A DNA stretch of 64,000 nt from an uncultured delta proteobacterium (GCA_963826785.1 CAWGYD010000006.1:608001-672000); one strand, 5' to 3'. Shown: positions 18,801 through 27,928, counted from the stretch's first letter. Notes: generated from the sequence alone by a model not told the origin. Translations and numbers: made by a program.

Positions 18801-19568
18801 TCGCCGGCCAACCTGGCCGATTCCTCCGCCAAAAACCCCTATACCGACGCCCGTGCCCACCGGGGGGCCTTGAATGGGGATGAGCTGATCATCGGCTACA
18901 CGTTGACGCCCAACTGGGGCAGGAAAGCCAATGACAAGTACGATCTTTATGTCCGGCGTTCTTTTAACGGGGGACAATCCTGGACAACTGATCCCGCGGA
19001 TCCAAACCCGATCGAACACAACGTCGTCTTCAGGGTGCCGGTGATCGATGATGTGAACCAGACCGTCACCTGGGACGAGGAGGTCGTCACCACACAATTC
19101 CAGCCGGGTGCATCCGAGCCGCCGCGCAATGTTTCCAACCTGCGCAACAACCGCACCAGCGTGCTGGAGCCGCGGATTGTCAAAACCCCGGGAAGTATTA
19201 CCAAACCGGACGGGACTGCCACCGGTTACCCCGAAGACATCCAGGATACCAGCGTCTACCAGGTGGCATACGGCCTGGAATTCAACCAGAACACCCTTCC
19301 CGAAGACGTCGTATTCCCGCAGCTGCCGCTGGATATTTATTACAGCCGGACAATGGACAAGGGGCAGCGGTATGAAGGCGTGATCATAACCCCCCAGGAC
19401 GGCAGCGGCAAGCCCCAGGAGGGCTGGAATCCTCTTGCCAAGGACAAGCCCGAGCAGGGCGCGGCCCAGGTGAAGCAGACTCCCGACGGTTCACGGATGT
19501 ACGGCATCTGGCTGGAAGAAGGTGAAAGCGGCAGCGATATCATGTTCCGCAGGGTGGATTACCGTTGA
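15825..19568 (+). CDS. Large secreted Asp-box/BNR beta-propeller protein (resembles, from memory, 'choice-of-anchor O' proteins)
   Basis: Sec signal ending AGA; Asp boxes SRDDGDTW, RSFNGGQSW, SRTMDKGQRY; PERLTSGRRDA and WQEDPKGL..GEGDGPGEGWSGA; strong RBS. Confidence 0.75.
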   Translation: MIMFKHKRKLGCVFLLMMLCLAAGPAGAEEDLLWPVKSDLVCKNWSLDEARSWVKVGDVKIWNTDTDLNVQVTAIENFKIATIQIHVAMNDTDEFVPILNKKSKPIPGKFIYKTEYPGLTDEHSLILPISDLDVCWGMPEKCPLNRYIIIHAELVKYDETTGKYENIGEGAYGLGNKTFSRVVKGDTNLEGTDWGYYYEYPLAKVEPGHFIDANVNGLAFLTPTQSGTTGDNGQFRFIPGERVYFFVGSLNLGDALADRSVSPADLFAGADMDDNRVINMAWLLQSLDADGMAGQGAINITQEVVACLEDALEGLPPLPDNPAEFFTDETAVGALIQATQASCSALVPITREEAWENLSSGQKAANLMKKNVSKNPDMKSDKAKIEIMPVYVPAQRSDNTPTTVVYHDADGNVIEERNVAKPVVVAYIEEVEGTGASDVFVAVSRDDGDTWKRRNISRTADKSSKAGCPGDSQKPMLNVKDNKILVAWTDKFCRGGRPRYAITVCPDLDEDGSPDESCEICQLTSEGEMCRIDYSDDDAFYQEDLYGASGPQRSVIYEEYPEKGEVAYSCVWAARGIIDPDTGEIMWFKPERLTSGRRDAFQLNSAAADDAGFALVWQEDPKGLVPGEGDGPGEGWSGANTHSKSDIWYSFIKWDDFDRVSESYDPLDNSANIVDRDPDVIGRLNALVPMSIPVKITDNDVCSLENMVPGGGNGEHDYDGEGEGTHCYCGDVEAIGTAESPGSNPLCAYTVPVTNPKGEVHNVCVTTDGRLLDGDTGASRPNLFLQPYMKPDGSKSAWAILGYEESKGVGIPPEGEHDDDHETADGISVIAPEEGDDGRYKPDVGKNVIYHSFEFSQPATVDGGGILNQPETDADGNPVYLVDEFGQLLLDWKGNPQLAYENARRVRFLVQPKSKAGASKTVLVTLYRQGEEGSGKPADIFMRRLKAPSSGNPYAFGGFLPGAQNVSSVEPTELFQDPFDTEAPVKMLRWAWSPANLADSSAKNPYTDARAHRGALNGDELIIGYTLTPNWGRKANDKYDLYVRRSFNGGQSWTTDPADPNPIEHNVVFRVPVIDDVNQTVTWDEEVVTTQFQPGASEPPRNVSNLRNNRTSVLEPRIVKTPGSITKPDGTATGYPEDIQDTSVYQVAYGLEFNQNTLPEDVVFPQLPLDIYYSRTMDKGQRYEGVIITPQDGSGKPQEGWNPLAKDKPEQGAAQVKQTPDGSRMYGIWLEEGESGSDIMFRRVDYR

Positions 19569-19722
19569 TTGCCGGTGCCGCAATACTGTTGTGCCGGCGT
19601 TTAAAAAGGGGCGGCCCTGCAGTGAGGCCGCTCCCATCCCCTTATCCAGATGGAGTCGATTCAAATAAGCGAGCAGAAAAGAATCTTCAAAAACACTATC
19701 ACTTGGAAAGGAGCGTGCCAAA

Positions 19723-21291
19723 ATGAAGAAAAAGACCATTTTCAAAATGATCGCCGTTATTTTCTTGATAACCGCATGTCTTGCAACCGGCACCCTTGTA
19801 TGGGGAGCCAAAGGGAACCAGGGGGGTAAACCGCCGGAAGACCCGGCGCCTGTGCCAGCCACGCCAATTGATGGGTACTACTTCTGGCGTCTCGGGCACC
19901 TGGACGGGCCCCATGATTCGTCCAAAACCCTGGGCATCTCCCGGGACGGCAAGGTGGCCGTGGGCGCCACCCAGGTGGTGGATTTCATGAAGGCTTGGCG
20001 GCTGGACATCGACTGGGCCATTTCCACCGGCGACGGGGTGGCACCGCTCTACAACGAGCTGCAGGTTCAGGAGAAAATAGGGAACGGGGAGGCTTATGCG
20101 TCCTCGAACATGACTGTCGATTCCTGTTCTTATAGCAAAGTGGACCCTGAGGATGCCAGTTCGGCCGACAACCTCGACTGGTGCGGATCACTGCCGGTCG
20201 GGACCCTCATGACGGGAACCGTCTCCTATGCAGCGGAATGGTTGTGGGCATTAGATCCTGAAGTTGATCCTTCTTTAGCTGAACCCAACTATCTGGGCAT
20301 CCCGGACTTCGGCGGCGGCCTCTCCGACATGAAGGCCAATGACGTTTCGGCCGACGGGACCATCATCGTGGGCACCGGAAACACCAAGACCGGCCAGCAG
20401 GCATTTCGCGCCGATACAACGACAGCCACGGTGGATGCAGAAACCGGCGAGACGGTTCTGGAACCGGTTCAGCTCACCATCCAGGAAGTAATCGATGGGG
20501 TGGTGGGGCAGACGCTGCAGACCAGCTCGGCCCAGGCCGTGTCCGCCGACGGGACCATCATCGCCGGCTACGGCGGGACCAAGACCGGCAACAAGGCCTT
20601 CGTCACGACCTTCCTGGGCACTGATGTGGATGCGGAGGGTAATGTCACCGCGATTTTGACGAGTACGATCCTGCCCGCCATGGCCGGCGGCAAATACGCC
20701 GAGGCCTACGCCCTGACCGTGACCGACGATGGCGTCATCTACATCGCCGGCCGCAGCGACAGCCCCAAGGGCCCCCAGGCCTGCATCTGGTTTGAAGGGG
20801 ATGATCCCACCACCACGGATATCGTCGAAACCTGGTCGGTCAAGGGAATCGGCGGGCTTTCCAAGAAGACGCTCGACAGCGTGGCCACCGGCATCGTCTG
20901 CCGCCCCGGATCGACGGCCGGCGACCTCATGGTCGTGGGACAAAGCCGGAGCATTCTCTACCCTTCGGAAGCCTTTGTCTGGACCGGCAACCCGGTGTTC
21001 GAGCCCGATGGCCCCTACACCTGGCCCGACGGCACGGAGCACGAATACATCGGCTACATGTACGACCTGGAAAAGATCCTGACCAAGACCGGAGCGGCCG
21101 AATCCTCCGGCATGGGATCGTCCTGGATCCTCAACCAGGGCACGGGCGTCGCTCTCAGTGATGTGGTCAATGCCGGGGACAATGGTCCTTCCGCCAGGAT
21201 CGTCGGTTGGGGCACCAACCCGGAAGGCGGAATCGAAGCCTGGCTCGTCACCAACTTCCCGTATGACGACCTGGCGTTTATCAAAGAATGA
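19723..21291 (+). CDS. Secreted HAF-like repeat beta-propeller protein
   Basis: Signal peptide; repeats GISRDGKVAVG, ANDVSADGTIIVG, AQAVSADGTIIAG; IVGWG..P.G..EAW ending. Confidence 0.75.
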   Translation: MKKKTIFKMIAVIFLITACLATGTLVWGAKGNQGGKPPEDPAPVPATPIDGYYFWRLGHLDGPHDSSKTLGISRDGKVAVGATQVVDFMKAWRLDIDWAISTGDGVAPLYNELQVQEKIGNGEAYASSNMTVDSCSYSKVDPEDASSADNLDWCGSLPVGTLMTGTVSYAAEWLWALDPEVDPSLAEPNYLGIPDFGGGLSDMKANDVSADGTIIVGTGNTKTGQQAFRADTTTATVDAETGETVLEPVQLTIQEVIDGVVGQTLQTSSAQAVSADGTIIAGYGGTKTGNKAFVTTFLGTDVDAEGNVTAILTSTILPAMAGGKYAEAYALTVTDDGVIYIAGRSDSPKGPQACIWFEGDDPTTTDIVETWSVKGIGGLSKKTLDSVATGIVCRPGSTAGDLMVVGQSRSILYPSEAFVWTGNPVFEPDGPYTWPDGTEHEYIGYMYDLEKILTKTGAAESSGMGSSWILNQGTGVALSDVVNAGDNGPSARIVGWGTNPEGGIEAWLVTNFPYDDLAFIKE

Positions 21292-21292
21292 T

Positions 21293-21419
21293 TGTTTGGC
21301 AGGGTCTTTGCCGCCGCTGAGAACTTCTCCTGTGAAAAGCTTTCCCAACGGCGGAAGACCCGCCTCCTGCCCTTGCACGCCGCAAACCCCCGACGTGCAA
21401 GGGCAGGTACCTCCAAACA
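21293..21419 (-). ncRNA. Unassigned three-way-junction structured element
   Basis: TGTTTGG/CCAAACA closing stem; GGGTCTT..CCGCCG/CGGCGG.AAGACCC arm; perfect 14-bp CCTGCCCTTGCACG/CGTGCAAGGGCAGG arm. Confidence 0.4.
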
Positions 21420-21470
21420 CATACGCCTGGGTACCCAACGAAATTACATTCTAAAAAAAGGGAGATTGTT

Positions 21471-21968
21471 ATGAAAAGCGCATTTTGGAAACTGATTGTT
21501 GTCGCGGCTGTGGCCATAAGTCTGGGAATTGCACCGGCCGTGAATGCGGATGACGAATTGCCGGTGGTATCGGGCACTGTTGAAGCGGTTTACCGGGATA
21601 TCAGTACAATTGTCATATCTTCGGAGAGTGATGGCTATGTGACCATCGTGGGATTTCCATTCAATAATCTTGAGGCGCAACTGGAGAATGAATTCGACCC
21701 GGAGGGCCTTGATGCGGATGACATCACCATTGCGGTGGGGGATTGCGTGACCATCGAATACAGCGAAAAAATTCTCCCCTCGACCGGTGATGTTGTTAAC
21801 AAATGGGAGTCTTTGACCGCATATTGCGAAAATTGCACCGATTGCTATGAAGGCGAACTGACGCGCAAACCCATCAAACAAAAAGATCGCCCGAAACCGG
21901 ACAAACCAAAACCGGAGGGACCCAAAGCAGGGCCATGGGATGGAAATCCTCCCGGCCATTGCCGCTGA
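21471..21968 (+). CDS. Secreted hypothetical protein, acidic with Pro/Lys-rich tail
   Basis: Signal peptide ending VNA; YCENCTDC; RBS GGGAG. Confidence 0.65.
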   Translation: MKSAFWKLIVVAAVAISLGIAPAVNADDELPVVSGTVEAVYRDISTIVISSESDGYVTIVGFPFNNLEAQLENEFDPEGLDADDITIAVGDCVTIEYSEKILPSTGDVVNKWESLTAYCENCTDCYEGELTRKPIKQKDRPKPDKPKPEGPKAGPWDGNPPGHCR

Positions 21969-22200
21969 TAATTTTAAAAGCGGAATATCACCTGAATTGA
22001 GGTGACGAAACCAGGTTCTTTCCCGGATGCAGGAAAACATTGCCAGAAAGGAGGTGGAAAGGGGAAGCGCATCCTGCCGGAGTTCCAGTGGGAATAAGGG
22101 ATTCCGGGTGCGCGCCTGGTTTGAAAGGGACCCCTGAGCGGCTGAATGGGGCAGCGGGGAAAAAGCCTCTGCCCCAAACCGGGCAACGTCTTACGGGTGG

Positions 22201-23904
22201 TCAGTTGACGATTTTGAACTCATTTATTTTGCGATAAATAGTTCTTCGGCTGATACCCAGCAGGCGGGCGGCATCTGACTTGTTTCCAAACGATTTTTCC
22301 AATGCATTCTGAATATCCATACCGCATAGGGATTCGTTTTTCTTCAGTCCGGATTCATAGAAATCAAGCGCTTCAGATTTGATAAAATCAGCAGGCAATT
22401 CATCCATGCCGATCAGATTTTTGCGGCACAATATAAACGCATGCTCCAGGGTGTTTTTAAGTTCACGGATATTTCCCGGCCAGGCGTAGTTCATGAAATA
22501 ATTCATGACCCTGTGGGATACGCCTTCAATGCGGCGGTTGAACTTTCTGTTGAACAGGAACAAAAAATGTTTGACCAGAAGCGGAATATCATCCCGCCGG
22601 TCCCTCAAAGCCGGCATTCTGATCTGAACGACATTTAGGCGATAATATAAATCCTTCCGGAATGAACCCAGCCTCACTTTTTCCTTCAGATCCTGATTGG
22701 TTGCCGCAATCACACGCACATCCACCGGAAGGGTTTTAGAATCCCCCACCCGTTCAATTTCCATGTGTTCAAGCACCCTGAGAAACCGGAGCTGGACGGT
22801 CTGGGAGATTTCTCCGATCTCATCTAAAAAAATGATCCCGCCGTCTGCCCTTTGAAATCTTCCCATTTTATCTTTTACGGCACCGGTAAACGCGCCGCGG
22901 ACATGCCCGAACAATTCGCTTTCGAGCAGGCTTTCGGTCAAAGCGGCACAATTCACCCTGACCAGCGGTTTCTCATTTCGATCCCCTAACCTGTGGATTG
23001 CATTGGCAACCAATTCTTTTCCGGTTCCGCTTTCTCCTGTTATCAGTACAGAAGTATGCACATTTGCCAAATCTTTTATCAGCGAATAAACTTCCTGTAT
23101 TGGTTTGCTGTTTCCAACAATATTGTCAATTTCCAAATGGTGCTGCAGCGTGCGTTCCAACCGCACCATCCGCGTCTGGTCCCGAATCAGCATGACGGCC
23201 CCGGTAAAATCACTATCCATGGTCAGCATGGGCGTTGCTGAAATGCAGACCGTCTGATCCGGCTGTTTTCGTGCACAGCATTCAAGATTGTCAAACTCCA
23301 TCGGAGTCTTATGCATCAGGGTTTTATTCAGCGCGTCAACGCAGCCGGCATTGCATTTAAATGACAGCTCGGCAAAACTTCTGCCGATTGCATCATTCCT
23401 GTCGATATTGCAGATACCGGAGGCTGCCGTATTCATTTCGAGGACTTTCATATTTTTATCCACCGAAATGATGCCATCTTTTACGCTTCTGAAAATGGCT
23501 TCCATGTTCCGCCGGTATCGATCCCTGGCGTCCGCAAGCGCCTTGTGCCGCATGGCCATGCTTGAGGCGCGCAAAAGCGTATCCTGGCGTATCGGTTTGA
23601 CAATGTAATCAAGGGCACCCAGGCGAATGGCTTCTGCTGCGGTTTCTATCGTCGGAACGCCGGTAATGATAATGACCTGGCAATTGGAGTGCTTATCCTT
23701 GATTATTTTTAACAGATCAATCCCGGTCATGCCATCCAGGATAATATCGATAAAAACGAGATCAAAATCCATTTCGGCAAGAGCCGCTTGGGCGTCATCA
23801 TAATTTTCGGCCGTGCGAACTCCATATCCGGCGCCTTCCAAAAAACTCCGATACGTAAACCGGATGCTCTCTTCATCATCCACAATCAGAATGTTTTCTT
23901 GCAT
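22201..23904 (-). CDS. Sigma54-dependent response regulator (REC-PAS-AAA-Fis HTH)
   Basis: ILIVDD receiver; PAS; GESGTGKE, GAFTGA, FLDEIG, WPGNIREL; AARLLGISRRTIYRK. Confidence 0.95.
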   Translation of the reverse strand: MQENILIVDDEESIRFTYRSFLEGAGYGVRTAENYDDAQAALAEMDFDLVFIDIILDGMTGIDLLKIIKDKHSNCQVIIITGVPTIETAAEAIRLGALDYIVKPIRQDTLLRASSMAMRHKALADARDRYRRNMEAIFRSVKDGIISVDKNMKVLEMNTAASGICNIDRNDAIGRSFAELSFKCNAGCVDALNKTLMHKTPMEFDNLECCARKQPDQTVCISATPMLTMDSDFTGAVMLIRDQTRMVRLERTLQHHLEIDNIVGNSKPIQEVYSLIKDLANVHTSVLITGESGTGKELVANAIHRLGDRNEKPLVRVNCAALTESLLESELFGHVRGAFTGAVKDKMGRFQRADGGIIFLDEIGEISQTVQLRFLRVLEHMEIERVGDSKTLPVDVRVIAATNQDLKEKVRLGSFRKDLYYRLNVVQIRMPALRDRRDDIPLLVKHFLFLFNRKFNRRIEGVSHRVMNYFMNYAWPGNIRELKNTLEHAFILCRKNLIGMDELPADFIKSEALDFYESGLKKNESLCGMDIQNALEKSFGNKSDAARLLGISRRTIYRKINEFKIVN

Positions 23905-23907
23905 ACG

Positions 23908-26013
23908 TTACCCCTTTACGTTTGCTGCAGGTGCGGCCGGTAGATCGATGATTACCTTTGCAAAATCGTATTCCTGCCCGTCAATGGTCATTTTACCGGC
24001 ATGTTCGGCAATGATGCCATGGCTTATGCTGAGCCCCAACCCCGTGCCAACCCCTTTTGGCTTGGTGGAAAAGAACGGGTTCATGACTTTTTCGATGATG
24101 TCGGGAGAAAAACCGATACCGAAATCCAGAAAGGAAATTCTGACACAGGCCTTATCGTCAAAGGTAACCCTTTCGGCTTCTATCTGAATCATCTTGTCTT
24201 TATGTTTTTTGGGATAGCGTTTGTTCAGCGAATATCTTGCGTTGCTTAAGATATTGATAAATACCTGCTGTATTTCCTGGGGAATTGCGAATATGAGCGG
24301 AAGGTCGGGTTGGATATTCGCTTGAATGGATATTGCCTCCCGCCGCATTTGAGTGCCAATCAAAGCGAGGGCATCGTCTAAGATCTCATTGATATGAACG
24401 GGAATCTTGGATTGCCTCTCCCGCCTGGCAAAAGATAAAAGGCACTCCACGATCTGGGCGACGCGATTGCTTTCTTTTCTGATGCGTTTGGTGATGTCGA
24501 GATTTTTTTCATTGAGGTTGTTTTCATTAATCAGGATCTGGGCATAGTTGATGATACCGTTTATCGGATTGTTGATTTCATGGGCGACTCCAGCGGCCAA
24601 CTCTCCCAGGGCTGCCAGCTGCTCTGATCGATAAGTAACGGCTCTGGCAATTTTTATATCCGTTATATCCCTCAGGGTCACCAGCACCTTTTGCCGCCCA
24701 TCGGATTCCTCAAACGGCGTATATGTTTGTTCATATATCCGATCGTTTTCGGCATTAAATTCCGAACATTCGGTTTTTTCGGATAAAAAAGCCTTTAGCA
24801 TCAGACAGTCATCACATGGTTGATCATATCCGCGAAAATAGGAGTAGCATTTCCGGCCGTGGTGATCTCCCATTTGGGACTTTAATGATTCGTTAAGATA
24901 TTCAATCGTATAGTCCGGGGCTAATATGCCAACGCCGTCAGGGCGGTGGAAAAGAATTCTTTTAAATTTGTCGTGTTCGTTGCGCAGGTCTTGCTGAAAT
25001 TTCTTTAAATCGTTGATGTTTTTGAATGATTCGACAATTCCCTTGAGTTCGTTATTCGGCCCCCAAAAGGGCCGGACGGTAAGCAGGCAATGTATCAAGG
25101 TCCCATCCGTGCGGTATTTGGTCACTTCCTGGGTGATTTCAGTTGAGGCTTCTCCCTTGCTTAACTTCTGCAGCGGACAGACATCCCGATGGCAAAGATC
25201 TCCCCTGAACACCGCATGGCATTTTTGCCCGACAGCGGTTTTGGCATCCACCCCCGACAGGGACGCGAAGGCTTCATTGGCTTTCAGTATGTTAAAATCC
25301 AGGTCGATCAGCCGCATCCCCACGGATGCTGTTTGAAAAATCTGATTCAGTTCGCTGTGCGCGAGCAGAATCTCCCGCTCCATCTCCTTCCGGGCGGTGA
25401 TATCTTTTCCGATCGCATAGACACTTCTTTGCCCAAAATCATATGATGCGGGAATCAGGTTTAACAGAAGCGTTTTGACGCTTCCGTTTAAATTGAATTC
25501 AATTTCAATATCATTTGCGGCGGTTAAAAACGTCTTTTTCTCTGCCGTTTCCATTTTCCCCATATTTTGAATGGCATGATTCCAGAGTTGGCGGCCCATC
25601 AGGAATTCCCGGTGACATTCGAAAAAATCCTCCCCGGCATGGTTGAAGTCGATTAAATTCCCGGTATCATCAAAAATGAAGATCGGGACCAGCGCTTCTT
25701 GAAAGAGCAGTTGATATTTATGCTCGGTCTCCTTGATCGTTTTGTCTTTGATAATGCCTTCATTTAATCTCAAATTGGCGTAAAAAGCGGCAATAAAGAT
25801 CAATGCCAAAATCAGGCAGCGCTTCCAGAGTTCATGTAAATCCCGGGTAATCAACTGGGACCCAAAGGTCCCCTCGTGCAAAATAAATACATGGATGGCG
25901 GCTTCGAATATCCAGGAGAAAACACTGATCCCGAAGCCGAACCACAAAATTCGGTGTGTGTTGCTAAGACTCGTACTCACCTTGAAAGCACTCATTGCCA
26001 GGACGCGTCCCAA
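23908..26013 (-). CDS. Multi-PAS sensor histidine kinase
   Basis: Two TMs, PAS domains with Cys clusters, AGVAHEINNP H-box, FSTKPKGVGTGLGL. Confidence 0.95.
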   Translation of the reverse strand: MGRVLAMSAFKVSTSLSNTHRILWFGFGISVFSWIFEAAIHVFILHEGTFGSQLITRDLHELWKRCLILALIFIAAFYANLRLNEGIIKDKTIKETEHKYQLLFQEALVPIFIFDDTGNLIDFNHAGEDFFECHREFLMGRQLWNHAIQNMGKMETAEKKTFLTAANDIEIEFNLNGSVKTLLLNLIPASYDFGQRSVYAIGKDITARKEMEREILLAHSELNQIFQTASVGMRLIDLDFNILKANEAFASLSGVDAKTAVGQKCHAVFRGDLCHRDVCPLQKLSKGEASTEITQEVTKYRTDGTLIHCLLTVRPFWGPNNELKGIVESFKNINDLKKFQQDLRNEHDKFKRILFHRPDGVGILAPDYTIEYLNESLKSQMGDHHGRKCYSYFRGYDQPCDDCLMLKAFLSEKTECSEFNAENDRIYEQTYTPFEESDGRQKVLVTLRDITDIKIARAVTYRSEQLAALGELAAGVAHEINNPINGIINYAQILINENNLNEKNLDITKRIRKESNRVAQIVECLLSFARRERQSKIPVHINEILDDALALIGTQMRREAISIQANIQPDLPLIFAIPQEIQQVFINILSNARYSLNKRYPKKHKDKMIQIEAERVTFDDKACVRISFLDFGIGFSPDIIEKVMNPFFSTKPKGVGTGLGLSISHGIIAEHAGKMTIDGQEYDFAKVIIDLPAAPAANVKG

Positions 26014-26350
26014 AAGGGGGTTGAACGTTATCGCAACTATTGCCGCAATGAAAATGAGCGATTGTATAATTTATCAAGGAAAAAAAGATGTCAGCAAGAA
26101 CCATCGGAGAATTTAGCGAGTTGAAATTAACTATATCTGTAAATATGGAAAATGCAAATTCGTGTTACATATACTATTGGAATTATGGTATATATTAAAC
26201 ATTTATTTTTTGAATGGGGTGGCAAATCATTATGAACAGGTAAGATCGGGTTAGACGGCATAAGCGCCGGGTCAATAGTTCCTGATCTGAAAATCAAGAC
26301 CCGCATTATTTCTGACCATTGCGCCCTGGGTTTTCCGGATAATTTTTTCC

Positions 26351-26992
26351 ATGGATGCAACCTCCATCGCCGGGTTCCAGAACAGCCCGTATCATAAAAC
26401 GGCCGATGTGCGGATGCTCTATTTTTTTTTGCATCCGTCGACTGTGACCCTCGTGGTGCTGGCGGTTCTGGCGATATTTTCCATGATCATCCCCCAGTTC
26501 TGGTGCCGGTATCTATGCCCCTATGGTGCCTTGACCGGATTGGCTGGAGCCATGGGGCCCACCCGGATTCAGCGCAATGAAAACGCCTGCACCGGCTGCG
26601 GCAAATGCAGGAAAGCTTGTCCGAAACAGTTGCCGGTGGATCAAAAAAAGAAACTGGTCACGCCGGAATGCATCGGGTGCATGCAATGTGTATCCGCCTG
26701 CCCGGTAAAAGGGGCGCTGGCATTGCGGACAGTCGGATGCAAACGCGCCTGGTCTGCCAAAAAGATGGGGTTTGCGCTGGTTGCCGCCTGGCTGGTTGTC
26801 ATTTGCGGCGCGATGGGGACCGGGCACTGGAAAAGCGCGGGTTCAGGCAAGACATTTCAGCCGGGTCTGACCCATTTAAGCCGCGTCTCTTCCCTTCAAA
26901 CGGATGCGCACGTGCGCAAACCCGGGGATTTCGAACAACCGTTCGCAGAGGCTGGCGCCCGCATTTTTTTTTCAACCGGGAACAGCGGTTAA
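26351..26992 (+). pseudogene. N-terminally truncated YccM/NapH-like 4Fe-4S membrane protein
   Basis: FWCRYLCPYGAL and two ferredoxin motifs, but starts mid-family at SPYHKTADVRML; upstream DNA is AT-rich and closed. Confidence 0.6.
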
Positions 26993-27465
26993 ATCTGGAT
27001 TTCTTCCGGTGCGGGGGATTGAGGCGCCCGGTGATCGGCCCGGGAAATGGAGACTTTTTGCGGCTCGGGTGAATGGTTTGGTTTCTGGGCGCTCATCACC
27101 ACTGTCATCACGCCGACCAGGATAATGGCAACACCGATCCACCTCAGGGAGGGGACGGTCTCTCCCAGGTAGTAGCGGGCGATGAACACACTGAAAATAT
27201 AATCAAAAGCGGAAACGGGGACCACCAGGCTCAGGTCGCCCACCGAAAAGGCCAAAAGCAGCAGCGAGAAAAAGATGATATGGCAGCAAATGCCGATCAG
27301 GACCCGGGGGTGATGAATGACCGCACCGGCATAGCCCAGTGCCACGGACCAGAACGGGCCCGTAAAATACAGTGCCCGTACTTCATGCAGTCCCTTGGAC
27401 AGCAATCCGTTTCCAACGGCGAGGATCATGGTTGCAAACAACATGATCACGATCGGTTTCCACAT
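26989..27465 (-). CDS. DMT/EamA small transporter (ArnE/F-like)
   Basis: Four TMs; DLSLVVP, YLGETV..RWIG. Confidence 0.8.
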   Translation of the reverse strand: MWKPIVIMLFATMILAVGNGLLSKGLHEVRALYFTGPFWSVALGYAGAVIHHPRVLIGICCHIIFFSLLLLAFSVGDLSLVVPVSAFDYIFSVFIARYYLGETVPSLRWIGVAIILVGVMTVVMSAQKPNHSPEPQKVSISRADHRAPQSPAPEEIQI

Positions 27466-27683
27466 AGGATGAGTAATTCCTTGATTTTTTATCGGTCTGA
27501 AAGCGTAAATCCCGGCAGCCGTTTCAAGTGCCGCCGAAGAAAAGAGGATGAAAATAATTTACCACACTGTAAGCACTGGTTCCGTGCAGACAAGCGTATT
27601 TGTGCGCCTGATGTCGGATTTACAGGCAAAAGACCCGCAGGCTGCCGGAAACTAAGATGTACGGCCAATAACAATTCAGCCGG

Positions 27684-27920
27684 CTACTGGTTGCCGAAGC
27701 CATTGAGCTGACCGCAGTCCGGGCAGTGCCAGGTGATCCCGTTGCACGAAAAATGCTTGAACTGGGCATCCATGCAGGTCTGGCAGATGGCAAAGCCGCA
27801 GCGGCAGGTCCAGCTGAAGGGAGCGGTGCCGCGGCAGCAGTGGCAGGTCCGGTCCCGGGTCCGCCGGCGCCGCCGCCGGAGGTTATCGGATGTCTCAGAT
27901 GGCTGATTCATGGCAAGCAA
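27684..27920 (-). CDS. Small Cys-rich putative zinc-binding protein
   Basis: Poly-Arg then CHCC, CRCG..ICQTC, CNGITWHCPDC. Confidence 0.6.
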   Translation of the reverse strand: MLAMNQPSETSDNLRRRRRRTRDRTCHCCRGTAPFSWTCRCGFAICQTCMDAQFKHFSCNGITWHCPDCGQLNGFGNQ

Positions 27921-27928
27921 TGTACCGT

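Noticed and set aside
20275..21438. 387-aa minus-strand ORF
   Set aside because: Antisense to the HAF-like repeat gene; no independent features
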